64,000 bases of DNA from a virus: positions 34,019-98,018 of IMG/VR virus record IMGVR_UViG_3300005739_000002; one strand, written 5' to 3'. Position 1 is the stretch's first letter; each line of letters begins with the position of its first letter. The notes beneath the pieces are model-generated. The model was not told the origin of the DNA. It ran no database searches and was given only the letters and a program-made list of their open reading frames with translations. The translations under genes were made by a program, and so were the position numbers. This document shows positions 40,526 through 49,169 of this stretch, one piece after another.

Positions 40526-40624
40526 CATTCCCGAGGAAGGCGCAGGTCTATCTCAGGCGAAGGGGTGCCTTCATGGATAGCCTTGGCGGGAGAGATAAGG
40601 AAACCGCCTTAACGCCGTTAAAAA

Positions 40625-40771
40625 CTAACATGAACCGCATTTAGTATCTACCCTTATATTTCTTTTATCTACGACTAACATACGACCACAATGATAGCAC
40701 GCTACGTACTTTACTTTGCTATTACGTTTATAAAGTTTAACTAGCGCTTCTAAATTAAGTTTAGTCGTCAT
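40625..40771 (-). CDS. small zinc-ribbon protein (48 aa, not in ORF track)
   Basis: MTTKLNL..CYHCG..CGSC; translated by hand. Confidence 0.5.
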   Translation of the reverse strand: MTTKLNLEALVKLYKRNSKVKYVACYHCGRMLVVDKRNIRVDTKCGSC

Positions 40772-40859
40772 CTTCTTCGTCCTCTTCAAATACGTCCTCG
40801 TCCTCTATATGGGGCATAGGTCTCTCCCACATAGGTTCGGGGATAATCGGGTTACTCAC
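40761..40859 (-). CDS. small acidic peptide (32 aa)
   Basis: VSNPIIPEPMWERPMPHIEDEDVFEEDEEDDD; overlap-coupled on both sides. Confidence 0.45.
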   Translation of the reverse strand: MSNPIIPEPMWERPMPHIEDEDVFEEDEEDDD

Positions 40860-41167
40860 GCGTTACTCTCTTGTTTATAGATTAGAGTGCCCTGAATTCT
40901 TACAGGCTTCTCGCTCTCATCAATAGAGGTGACCTCTAGTTTAATAGACTTGCGAGGCGTGAGTTGTTGGACTCTCTCTTTAATATAACGCTTACCTGCG
41001 CTGGCGTTAGACCATGCGGTTACGTTGTTATCAATTTCGATTTCGTCATATCCACCTAAGCCGTTACTGCGTAATTCGGTAATGGTGTAAGTGACTTTCC
41101 ATGCGCCACCCTTTACAGGGTTCTTTGCGAGCGTGGCTTTAAACGTACGCTCTACTTTTCTAGCCAT
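40856..41167 (-). CDS. hypothetical protein
   Basis: SD AAGGAG; operon packing. Confidence 0.6.
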   Translation of the reverse strand: MARKVERTFKATLAKNPVKGGAWKVTYTITELRSNGLGGYDEIEIDNNVTAWSNASAGKRYIKERVQQLTPRKSIKLEVTSIDESEKPVRIQGTLIYKQESNA

Positions 41168-41588
41168 TTAAGTTCTCCTTCGTAATAGGCCAATGGTAAG
41201 GCAGGGTTTCATCTACTAATGGGAAGTGTATCCTATAGTATTCGGGCAATTTTCGCACTAGGTTGGCTTGGTGCGATATATGTATGCGCTCGTCGCCTAA
41301 CCATGCTGGCATATCGGGCGCGGGTTTGTGTTGGAAGTGCTGGATAAGATTATCGTTGTAACCGCGACGTATCCACTCTAGGCATATCTCTCTCCCATAT
41401 AGTTTGAGAGCGTCAAGGTTATCTCTCCACATCAGCACCGCAGGGTGATTACGCCATGCGTTACTTTGTTGGGTACCGTCTAATACTCTTACTATTTGAT
41501 AAGCCTCTACACGTTGCTTACCTAGACGTTTATAATCTAATACGCGAGCGACTTCTGTAAAGTCTGCGTATGGTAGGAAAGTTTGCGT
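41160..41588 (-). CDS. pyrimidine-dimer DNA glycosylase / MSMEG_6728-like protein, apparent ACG start
   Basis: frame extends upstream of the track call: (ACG)QTFLPYADF..LDYKRLGKQRVEAYQI..WRNHPAVLMW..P.WLG..H.SHQANL.RK..Y.WP; AAGGAG 6 nt before ACG. Confidence 0.85.
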   Translation of the reverse strand, partial: TQTFLPYADFTEVARVLDYKRLGKQRVEAYQIVRVLDGTQQSNAWRNHPAVLMWRDNLDALKLYGREICLEWIRRGYNDNLIQHFQHKPAPDMPAWLGDERIHISHQANLVRKLPEYYRIHFPLVDETLPYHWPITKENLNG

Positions 41589-41598
41589 AACTCTCTCC

Positions 41599-41871
41599 TT
41601 ACGCTACGGGTTGATATTCGTATGGTAAATCTTTTACCTGTATTGGCACTAGTCCGTCGGTGCTATCGAAGTATAAACCTTTTAAGTCGTCCTCTACACC
41701 TGCGTCTAGGTGGCACGACTCCACTACTGGGTCGCTCTCATCTGAACCTATCCACGCAAGGGCTTCGGCTTCTGTATCGAATAGTTGTACGTCGTAGTAC
41801 GAATAGCCTTTGGGTTCATCGTTATCATCAACGAATACGGCTTTTATTACCCATTTCTCTTTGTAGTCCAT
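41599..41871 (-). CDS. acidic hypothetical protein
   Basis: GA-rich SD; stop codon overlaps SD of the next gene. Confidence 0.55.
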   Translation of the reverse strand: MDYKEKWVIKAVFVDDNDEPKGYSYYDVQLFDTEAEALAWIGSDESDPVVESCHLDAGVEDDLKGLYFDSTDGLVPIQVKDLPYEYQPVA

Positions 41872-41887
41872 ATCTCTCTCTCATTTA

Positions 41888-42034
41888 TTAAACGGTTGCT
41901 GGATTACCTGCTGGTGGTACGCACATTACGCAGAATCCTAGACCTATCTCGCTGGCTTCGTCAAGGGCTTCTGTATCAATGGGCACGATTACTTCCCCGT
42001 TGTCGTACTCGATAAAGCATTTAGCGCACCGCAT
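41888..42034 (-). CDS. small Cys-pair protein (48 aa)
   Basis: MRCAKC..CVMC; SD AGGAGAGAG. Confidence 0.5.
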   Translation of the reverse strand: MRCAKCFIEYDNGEVIVPIDTEALDEASEIGLGFCVMCVPPAGNPATV

Positions 42035-42045
42035 ATCTCTCTCTC

Positions 42046-42186
42046 CTACTTCTCTATTCCATATTTATCTAAACACTCGTCGCACATCTTACCGTGGCAA
42101 GCGCAGATAACTTCTGGATTATCCTCAGAATCTACGCCTGGAATCGTGCCGCGTAAATCCATCTGGGCATTTTTGTTACTACTCAC
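42046..42186 (-). CDS. small Cys-rich protein (46 aa)
   Basis: GTGA coupling; CACH..CDEC. Confidence 0.45.
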   Translation of the reverse strand: MSSNKNAQMDLRGTIPGVDSEDNPEVICACHGKMCDECLDKYGIEK

Positions 42187-42581
42187 TCTTTCTCTACTTC
42201 CTCATTTGTTTCTTGGGTTTCTAACTTTAACTCTGTGCCGTAACCCTGATATATAACTTTACCGTCGGCGTCGGTAACCGTTACGACATCACGGTCGCTG
42301 GTGATGAATTGGTGAAGGTGGTGACTCTCCACGATAGCCTCTACGGTTGCGTGGGTGCTTCCCTTGTAGGTGGTACCTTCGGGTAGTAATACTTGGGTCT
42401 GCCACTCGCCTTTATTAGCGTATTCGATAGCCCTAATACACACGTCGGTCATGCTAATCGGTACGGGTGGGTAGTGGTTGTTGGATAGGTGGAAGGCTAC
42501 TAACTTCCAATAATCGTTGGGTTCTTCTGTGAGGTCTGTATCCTCTACGAGTTCCGCGTCGATAATCTCATTGTTCTCCAT
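42183..42581 (-). CDS. hypothetical protein
   Basis: HLSNNHYPPVP..IVESHHL. Confidence 0.6.
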   Translation of the reverse strand: MENNEIIDAELVEDTDLTEEPNDYWKLVAFHLSNNHYPPVPISMTDVCIRAIEYANKGEWQTQVLLPEGTTYKGSTHATVEAIVESHHLHQFITSDRDVVTVTDADGKVIYQGYGTELKLETQETNEEVEKE

Positions 42582-42708
42582 TTAAGTCCTTATCTTTATA
42601 TTTAACTTTCCTAGTGTATCGCTTTTTATTAGTTAGAGGTACTGAAGCATTACTACGCCGTAACTCAAGGATACGGCGTAGTTGCTCTCTTGTCTTTGAT
42701 AGGCGCAT
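42568..42708 (-). CDS. small basic protein (46 aa)
   Basis: MRLSKTREQLRRILELRRSNAS..KKRYTRK; TAATG coupling. Confidence 0.5.
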   Translation of the reverse strand: MRLSKTREQLRRILELRRSNASVPLTNKKRYTRKVKYKDKDLNGEQ

Positions 42709-43019
42709 TAAATACCGTCTAGTCCGTACCCGTTCTCCATGTCGCGTGCGTCGGCTTCGTCAAGGATAGGCGCTCTTAGTCCTAATCTGTCCATGTCGGC
42801 TTCGATACTGTCGATAGCCTCATCTATCTCACCGCGTACTTCGTGGTAGTCGAAGTAACTTTCTAGTCGTTCGTCGCCGTGGCTACGCAGTACGCATAGG
42901 TCTAACGAAGCGCCAATAGCGGTGTCTAATAGGTGAATAGCGCTTGGGTCGCCATTTATATATTTAAGTACGAGGTCGTTATATTGACCTGTCTTAGGTA
43001 GAAAGTTTGTGCTGGTCAT
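42708..43019 (-). CDS. hypothetical protein
   Basis: ATGA coupling. Confidence 0.55.
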   Translation of the reverse strand: MTSTNFLPKTGQYNDLVLKYINGDPSAIHLLDTAIGASLDLCVLRSHGDERLESYFDYHEVRGEIDEAIDSIEADMDRLGLRAPILDEADARDMENGYGLDGI

Positions 43020-43180
43020 TTGCTCACGTCCTCTAGGTAGAATAGGTAGTCACCTATAGTTATTAGTAAGTTTATTAGATACTCGTCGGTTGCGTTGTGT
43101 GCTTTGACGTGACCCTGCGCTTGGGCTAGTAGGTCGCGTACTCGTTCTTTATAATCTATTGCTTCTGTTGCTATATCCAT
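43016..43180 (-). CDS. small hypothetical protein (54 aa)
   Basis: MDIATEAIDYKERVRDLL...; translated by hand. Confidence 0.45.
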   Translation of the reverse strand: MDIATEAIDYKERVRDLLAQAQGHVKAHNATDEYLINLLITIGDYLFYLEDVSK

Positions 43181-43263
43181 ATTTGTTTATCCATTTCTGT
43201 ATTTAAGTCGGAATCCCCTGCCCCGTAGCGCTTACCACGGGGCGGAGAATCCGAACGCTTGTT

Positions 43264-45132
43264 CTAGTGACGGGCGCTCATGGTCGCCTTCACTATGTCC
43301 TTCGCTAACTTCACCATGTCGGTTGGTTCCGCAATATCGCGGAAGTGCTTTGCGCCATGACGATAGCGTGCGACGGCTTTGTCGTACGCTTCTTTATCGC
43401 TATTCCAACGACGTAGGTCGTCGAGATATACGACGGCGGTCTGTACGCCGTCGGCGTTAAGGTCGGAGATTACCTTATCATTTTCCTCGGTCATATCCCA
43501 CTCGCCGTCGGTTACGATAAATAGCATACGCACGCCACGGCGACTAGATAGTAGGTGGCGTCGCGCTTCTAATAAGGCTTTGTAAGGATTAGTACCACCT
43601 GACGTATTGACGAAGCGGTATTCGGTAGGTTGCGCTTTGTCTGCCTGTGAGTAGATAAGCCTACTATCGTGGTTAAACTTATAGACCGCGACGCGACCGT
43701 TGATACGCTCGATACCGCGCTTGATAATCCATGCGCTTTCCATAACACGCTGAATCTGCCACGCCATACTGCCCGAAGTATCTACTAGGACTATTGCGTC
43801 TATGTCGTTGTTGCTATTGCCTTCGTGCCAACGGTCGAACACTTTGTCCATGTCGTTAATATCGGCACGCATGGCGCGACCTATATTTAAGCGACCCTCA
43901 GGTTGCTCTAATTGCCACGCAGGGTCGTTATCTATACGCACGCGCTCTAGGGCTACGGCGAAGGCGCGAGCGCTCGCAGATACTCTAGGGCTAACGGCTT
44001 GGTTGGAATAGTTACCTTGTTTAATAGCACTACGACGGTCACGGTTATCGTTAATAGCCTTACGGACTTCTTTAGCAGACCGTAATACTTCGTCGTTCTT
44101 GTTAAGGCTATCTAACCGTTCCTTAATATCTTTGCGTAGCACGTTATCGTCGGCTTCGTCCTTACCCTTGTTATCGAACGAACGGCTTGAGTTATCGTTA
44201 TCAGTATCGGTATCGGCAGGGTCTTTCATATCCTCAGTACCGCTACCTGCCTCGTCCTTGTTAGCCTTATTCTGTTGGGCTTCCTGTTCACGGTTACCCT
44301 TCATGCGACCCTTATCTTGTACGTCGCGGTCGCCGTGTCCATGTCCGTCCTTAGGAAGCATAGGCACGCCGTCCTTCTCGTTCACTTCGTCGCGTCCTAC
44401 TATGTCGGCTAATAGTCTTATTAACTCTAGTCCTCGGTCATAGTCGCGTGGGAATACGAGCGTGCGATACTCATGGATAATCAGCGCTAACGTCATGGCT
44501 ATATCTTTACCGAAGTGCTTTATAAATCTATCTGCGATTTCCTGACGTAACTCTATATCTAAATACTTACGACCCGTGATAAGTGGGAAGTAACTAGCGT
44601 ATTCCTCGGACTTACCCTTGAGTAAATACTCTAGGCATGACGCTTCTAAGAAAGGCGCAACGGACGGATACTTAGCGATAAGTAGCCGTTCGATACGGGC
44701 GTCCTCTAAGCAGTTATAGGCGTGTTGTAACCTCTCGGCTCTAATAGTCTTGCCAAACTCGCTACCGCTTCTAGGTGAATAAAGGACGTGGGCGACTTCA
44801 TGGTAATTAAATCCGTTGAGGGAGATAATAGTCCTATCGTCCACTTCCTCTAATAGGTGGGCGTTAAACACGATATTTTTACCGTCGTTATAGGCGGTGG
44901 TATCCATTTCAGGATTATCCTCAACGCGTACCTCTACGGGTTCTGCCGTGAGGATACGGTCGGTGCGACCATAGACCGCACCGACCGCCTGTAATTTGTT
45001 GATATGTTCCTCGATACGCTCGGCTTCTGCCTCTGCGTCAAACTCAGTATCACGATAGTTACCGTAACGTACCTGTGCGATAAGGTTATCCATAAGGTCG
45101 TTATGGTTATCGAACGCTTTGCGTGAGGACAT
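43264..45132 (-). CDS. vWA-domain protein with N-terminal HExxH (CobT-like) domain
   Basis: HEVAH, NCLEDARIE, MIDAS DTSGS, GGT, VTDG. Confidence 0.85.
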   Translation of the reverse strand: MSSRKAFDNHNDLMDNLIAQVRYGNYRDTEFDAEAEAERIEEHINKLQAVGAVYGRTDRILTAEPVEVRVEDNPEMDTTAYNDGKNIVFNAHLLEEVDDRTIISLNGFNYHEVAHVLYSPRSGSEFGKTIRAERLQHAYNCLEDARIERLLIAKYPSVAPFLEASCLEYLLKGKSEEYASYFPLITGRKYLDIELRQEIADRFIKHFGKDIAMTLALIIHEYRTLVFPRDYDRGLELIRLLADIVGRDEVNEKDGVPMLPKDGHGHGDRDVQDKGRMKGNREQEAQQNKANKDEAGSGTEDMKDPADTDTDNDNSSRSFDNKGKDEADDNVLRKDIKERLDSLNKNDEVLRSAKEVRKAINDNRDRRSAIKQGNYSNQAVSPRVSASARAFAVALERVRIDNDPAWQLEQPEGRLNIGRAMRADINDMDKVFDRWHEGNSNNDIDAIVLVDTSGSMAWQIQRVMESAWIIKRGIERINGRVAVYKFNHDSRLIYSQADKAQPTEYRFVNTSGGTNPYKALLEARRHLLSSRRGVRMLFIVTDGEWDMTEENDKVISDLNADGVQTAVVYLDDLRRWNSDKEAYDKAVARYRHGAKHFRDIAEPTDMVKLAKDIVKATMSARH

Positions 45133-46679
45133 TAGACACCTTCCGAGATAGTGTTATTAAGTGCGTTGAGTACGCCATTAAATACGGGGTGAACGTTGCT
45201 TACGTTGTTCACGTCAGGAGTGGAATCTGCTGTGGCAGTTTCCATGCCTTCGACTACTGCGCCTACTTCTGTATTTAATATGGCTTGTTCGGTATTTGTA
45301 TTGCCGAAGGTAGCCTTATTAGCAGTAACTTCCAACCCGAAATCAGTAGCGATATTGTCGCGGTGGGTTGTGAGTAATAGCCTTACTGCGCTACGTTCCT
45401 CATCACCCTCGAAGGAGTTGATATAGCAGTAGGACGCGAAGTCCATGCCTAGCGCCTTAGCGTTATCTGCGAAGGCTACGAGATTACGGGTTGAGATAGG
45501 GGTGTTGATAGTACCCTTATTAAACTCGTCGCGTAGTTGGTTCGCCATAACTAATAGGGCTTTGCTACCAATTAACTTCTGTTCGATAGCATTATCGTAT
45601 GGGAATACTAGACGCTCAGGGAAGCGGTCGGCGAGCGCCTGATTTAGTGGGCGTGTGCCTCGGTAATCGGGGTTCATGTCTGCCACGATAAGTAGGTCGG
45701 GGTGCGCTTTGATAACCTCGCCACCGTTCTCGAGTAACTGAATCTCACGGCGATAATCTAATAGGCTAAAGATAAAGGTGAGAAACCGCTCAGGTGCGAA
45801 GTTAATTTCGTTAAATAGGAGTACGCCACCATTACGGACGATTTCAGTAACGGCGCCGTCCTGCCACCTAAAGTGTCCGTCGGGAGTAGGAATCCAACGA
45901 CCGACTAGGTGTGACGCCTCAAGCCCGATATGGCATGCGACGTTAAAGTAGCGGTAGCCCCTAGCGGAAGCGTACGCCTGTACCATAGCGGTCTTACCGC
46001 TACCTGCGTGACCCTCGATAAGGACATTTTTCTTAGACGCCATAGCGTAATCCATAATCTCGAAGTCGGTTAGACCGCCTACGACCTTACGGTTGATATA
46101 CGCCTTAGCGAACGCCTTGTCGGGTACGGTCACCATAGCGGTTACGAGGTCACTACTAGCCTTATTACTCATGGCTTCGATAGTGGTTGGTCGCACCTCG
46201 ATAGGCTCGACGGTCGTGGAAGCCACGGTCGCCGAAAATTGAGGTACACCGTTAATAGGCTTGAGAGATAGACCCTGTGAGCGTCGCTTATCTGTGACGT
46301 ATTCAGAGAGGGTGGAATCCCCACTAATAAGCCTGTCGCGTAACCCTTCTACGGTGAAGTCGTGAGCGACGGGTGTGATAGGTGCGGTTGCGCTTTCTAA
46401 CGCATATAACGCCTTAATACCGACGTTAGTGATTTGACCCATGCCTAGCATTACTAGGTCGCGGTCGCTAAGTACGACCGCCACGGGAGTATGAGAGATA
46501 GGGTTAGTAGGTAGGTTGGTCGGGCGTTGCCATGCCTGTCCTCTACCCTTCGCCCCATTAGATACGCGGTGGTACGTCTGTACCTCGGTATCGGTGCCTA
46601 TGAGTAGGGTCTGCGCTTGAGCAGGTTCCCCCTCTAATATGGCGTCACTCACTACGAGTAACGCGAGGTGTGAAGTCAT
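45132..46679 (-). CDS. MoxR/CobS-like AAA+ ATPase
   Basis: GHAGSGKT, WQDG, LLFNEINF, MNPDYRGTRPLNQALADRF, ISTR; start placed at ATG 46679 with SD AAGGGG. Confidence 0.9.
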   Translation of the reverse strand: MTSHLALLVVSDAILEGEPAQAQTLLIGTDTEVQTYHRVSNGAKGRGQAWQRPTNLPTNPISHTPVAVVLSDRDLVMLGMGQITNVGIKALYALESATAPITPVAHDFTVEGLRDRLISGDSTLSEYVTDKRRSQGLSLKPINGVPQFSATVASTTVEPIEVRPTTIEAMSNKASSDLVTAMVTVPDKAFAKAYINRKVVGGLTDFEIMDYAMASKKNVLIEGHAGSGKTAMVQAYASARGYRYFNVACHIGLEASHLVGRWIPTPDGHFRWQDGAVTEIVRNGGVLLFNEINFAPERFLTFIFSLLDYRREIQLLENGGEVIKAHPDLLIVADMNPDYRGTRPLNQALADRFPERLVFPYDNAIEQKLIGSKALLVMANQLRDEFNKGTINTPISTRNLVAFADNAKALGMDFASYCYINSFEGDEERSAVRLLLTTHRDNIATDFGLEVTANKATFGNTNTEQAILNTEVGAVVEGMETATADSTPDVNNVSNVHPVFNGVLNALNNTISEGV

Positions 46680-46762
46680 AAGACCCCTTCGTATGGGTGG
46701 CGGTGTTGCCACGCCCCGAGCCTACCCTATTTCCGTATTTAAGTATCTCTCCTTCTCCAATT

Positions 46763-46781
46763 CTCAGGAAGTTATCCACAA
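46763..46781. promoter_or_regulatory. extended DnaA box 1
   Basis: CTCAGGAAG-TTATCCACA (46772-46780). Confidence 0.8.
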
Positions 46782-46911
46782 CCCCCTATCCTGATAACTC
46801 TCTGCGATAAGGCTATTAAATCTGGCCGTCCACCCACTCACTTAATACGGCTATTAAGCAGTAGCCTTCTCTCTCTCTCCTATCACGGCCGACGGCTTTT
46901 GGCAACTCTCT

Positions 46912-46930
46912 CTCAGGAACTTATCCACAG
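46912..46930. promoter_or_regulatory. extended DnaA box 2
   Basis: CTCAGGAAC-TTATCCACA (46921-46929). Confidence 0.8.
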
Positions 46931-46931
46931 G

Positions 46932-47073
46932 GTTTGTGTTGGCTCAAGGCTTGCAGCGTTGAGCCAATAGCAATGACCGCCATTTCTATATTAGAAATGG
47001 CGACATTTAGGGTGGGTACGAGTATTTCGGTATAATTTAATACCGAAATACGAGAGGGTGGGCCAACACAAAC
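46932..47073. repeat. cassette-boundary palindrome, type C (multi-hairpin)
   Basis: GTTTGTGTTGGC..GCCAACACAAAC enclosing CGCCATTTCTA/TAGAAATGGCG and GTATTTCGGTAT/ATACCGAAATAC hairpins. Confidence 0.8.
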
Positions 47074-47130
47074 TTTCCCGCAGCGGCAGCAGAGCCGTGA
47101 TTTGGTCTCCACGGTCTCCACCTCACCACC

Positions 47131-47175
47131 AAAAAGCCCTACTAGATGGCATCCTGCCTGTCTAATAGGGCTTTC
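47131..47175 (-). terminator. intrinsic terminator
   Basis: AAAAAGCCCTA.TAGA..TCTA.TAGGGCTTT, U-tract on minus strand. Confidence 0.65.
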
Positions 47176-47190
47176 TAGGGGGTATGTCCG

Positions 47191-47676
47191 CTAGCAGATT
47201 TCGAATCCACCGCTATCTGCTAAGAACTCTGCGAACTCTCGTACGTTCTCTGTTGAGAAGGGATAGTGTTTCTCCCAAGGTTCCTTCTCACGGGTTCCAT
47301 TACACGAATTACACGGGTCACGGAACTTTACAACGCCTTCTTCATAGTCAGGCCACTCAGGTTTTACCTGAACAATACCCATACCGTCACAGAAGTCGCA
47401 TTTTACATTTGGTAGGCTTTCTAAATAAGCCTTGTATTCCTTCTCATAGGCTTCACATGAGCCGTCTGATAGTTTTATCATAAGGACTTGTGATAGGAGT
47501 TCTGCGCCTTCGGCGCCTAACCCGTCACCGTCGTTGTAGTGCCCACTCACACCATTGACTAGGTCAGGTGCTACACGCTCTACATAATCCCATAGTGGTC
47601 GCCACCACCATACATTATTACGGAAGTACTCCCCTTTCTCGGATTTGGGAGCCTTACCATACACGTCCATACCCAT
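47191..47676 (-). CDS. hypothetical protein with DnaJ-like CxxCxGxG zinc finger
   Basis: MGMDVYG..YFRNNVWWWRPLW; CDFCDGMG, CNSCNGT; SD GAGGT. Confidence 0.7.
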   Translation of the reverse strand: MGMDVYGKAPKSEKGEYFRNNVWWWRPLWDYVERVAPDLVNGVSGHYNDGDGLGAEGAELLSQVLMIKLSDGSCEAYEKEYKAYLESLPNVKCDFCDGMGIVQVKPEWPDYEEGVVKFRDPCNSCNGTREKEPWEKHYPFSTENVREFAEFLADSGGFEIC

Positions 47677-47677
47677 A

Positions 47678-48199
47678 CTACTTACCTCGCTTTCTTTTCT
47701 TACCACCCAATAAGTCCTCGATAGTCATATCTAATAGGGCTATTGGGTCTTCTTTTTCGGCGGCCTCTACGATAGGCGTATTAGGGCGAAGGATTATTAG
47801 CAGGTCGTCAGGTGTATCCAACTCTAACTGATGTAGAAACTTGGCGTAAGTTCCCATTAGCATAGCCATTGGAGTAAAGGCGCCTACTACCCACGCTACA
47901 TGGATAGCCATGCTTGCCGTAGATAGGTCGTCGTCTGTGACTTCCTCGTCGTTCGCAACCTTATCAGCAAGAGTCGAGAAGCCTGTGTTGGCGAGCGCAT
48001 TTATCATATTGCCAATAAACGCCTCGTCCTCACGCATTTTGACCGCCTGTGCCATGATAGCGGTCTTTAGGTTGCCGTCTGATAAGCCTTTCGTACCGTC
48101 AGGCAACTTAGGGTCATACATATCGTTATCAGGGTCGCCCATAAGTTCTATAGACGACATAATCTCAGTAAAGCGCACCTTGCGCTCGCTACTGTTCAT
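47678..48199 (-). CDS. hypothetical protein
   Basis: first gene of cassette; SD AAGGGGG. Confidence 0.65.
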   Translation of the reverse strand: MNSSERKVRFTEIMSSIELMGDPDNDMYDPKLPDGTKGLSDGNLKTAIMAQAVKMREDEAFIGNMINALANTGFSTLADKVANDEEVTDDDLSTASMAIHVAWVVGAFTPMAMLMGTYAKFLHQLELDTPDDLLIILRPNTPIVEAAEKEDPIALLDMTIEDLLGGKKRKRGK

Positions 48200-48263
48200 T
48201 TACTACCCCCTTTGATAGGTGGCGCAACTCTACTCTCACTCTCCGTCATATAGCCATAACACT

Positions 48264-48282
48264 CTCAGAAACTTATCCACAG
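48264..48282. promoter_or_regulatory. extended DnaA box 3
   Basis: CTCAGAAAC-TTATCCACA (48273-48281); TAGAGT -10 40 nt downstream on minus strand. Confidence 0.8.
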
Positions 48283-48299
48283 GCCATCTCTCAAGCCTA

Positions 48300-48397
48300 T
48301 TTTGTTTGTGCTGGGGGCTTTTGGGCATAGGTGGGTTGAAAACCGTACCTATGCAGAGATAGCTACTTATTACCAAAAGCCCCCAGCACAAACAAAA
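48300..48397. repeat. cassette-boundary palindrome, type A
   Basis: 25-bp perfect arms TTTTGTTTGTGCTGGGGGCTTTTGG / complement; inner GCATAGGT/ACCTATGC; bulge GATAGCTACTTATTA. Confidence 0.9.
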
Positions 48398-48425
48398 AGG
48401 CCGCGAGGGAAGTCGCGGCCTTCTT
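48394..48425 (-). terminator. intrinsic terminator whose U-tract is the palindrome arm
   Basis: AAAAAGGCCGCGA..TCGCGGCCTT. Confidence 0.75.
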
Positions 48426-48442
48426 ATGACTAGGGGAAGAGT

Positions 48443-48925
48443 CTAGTCTTGTTCCTCTGCAGAGAACTCAAGATTGCTGATGATATCGCCGTCATCATAA
48501 TCAACCTCAACTGAATCAGAGGTACGTCCTTCGCCGTCGTATTCGATATCGAATGTTAGGCGTGCATTGTGAATGCTAAGGTTATCTTCTACTTCTGCGA
48601 TAGCGTCTTCCTCGGTATCGGCTTTTACATCAGTTACCTCTAGAATGTTTTCATAGAGGTAGGAAACCGTAACAGTCCAAGTACGGATTAGTGTGTCGAG
48701 GGTAGGCCATGAAACAGAGCCAACCTTCTCAGCGATAGCGTTGTATATCTCAAGGCCTTGCGCCTCGGTAACAACCTCGTTAGTAACCTTATCTCTTAGT
48801 ACATCTAAGGTTATAGTGTTGATAATGCCAACTGATTTCTCATGTTGGTTGTGACGTGTGGCAAAGACTTCGTTGTCTACCTCTTCTTTGGTATAAACTG
48901 TCTCACCGTTTATCGTATGTGACAT
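48443..48925 (-). CDS. acidic hypothetical protein
   Basis: single-gene cassette. Confidence 0.65.
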   Translation of the reverse strand: MSHTINGETVYTKEEVDNEVFATRHNQHEKSVGIINTITLDVLRDKVTNEVVTEAQGLEIYNAIAEKVGSVSWPTLDTLIRTWTVTVSYLYENILEVTDVKADTEEDAIAEVEDNLSIHNARLTFDIEYDGEGRTSDSVEVDYDDGDIISNLEFSAEEQD

Positions 48926-49001
48926 TTTCTCTCTTCCCGTAGACGCACCTTGCGCCCACGGGTCGAGTCTAATATAACTCTTTTTACAGGTCTCTCACGC
49001 T

Positions 49002-49020
49002 CACAGGAAGTTATCCACAG
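49002..49020. promoter_or_regulatory. extended DnaA box 4
   Basis: CACAGGAAG-TTATCCACA (49011-49019); TAGACT -10 39 nt downstream on minus strand. Confidence 0.8.
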
Positions 49021-49040
49021 GCTCTCTCCTAGCCCTATTA

Positions 49041-49130
49041 TGTTTGTGCTGGGCTTGCTGGTATAGGCAGTGATGATAATCCGTACCTATACCGTGATAG
49101 CTACTTATTACAGCAAGCCCAGCACAAACA
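49041..49130. repeat. cassette-boundary palindrome, type A
   Basis: 20-bp perfect arms TGTTTGTGCTGGGCTTGCTG / complement; inner GTATAGG/CCTATAC; bulge GATAGCTACTTATTA. Confidence 0.9.
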
Positions 49131-49157
49131 AAAGCCCCCGCATCTCTGCGGGGGCTT
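49130..49157 (-). terminator. intrinsic terminator
   Basis: AAAAGCCCCCGCA..TGCGGGGGCTT. Confidence 0.75.
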
Positions 49158-49169
49158 CGTAGTCTTATC

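Noticed and set aside
40527-40624. HDV-like/theta ribozyme
   Set aside because: Could not place P3/L3 and P1.1 in the required order; kept only as an unassigned structure.
42652-42682. Hairpin ACTACGCCGTA..TACGGCGTAGT as a cassette-boundary element
   Set aside because: Lies inside a small coding ORF and lacks the TGTTTGTG ends and DnaA box.
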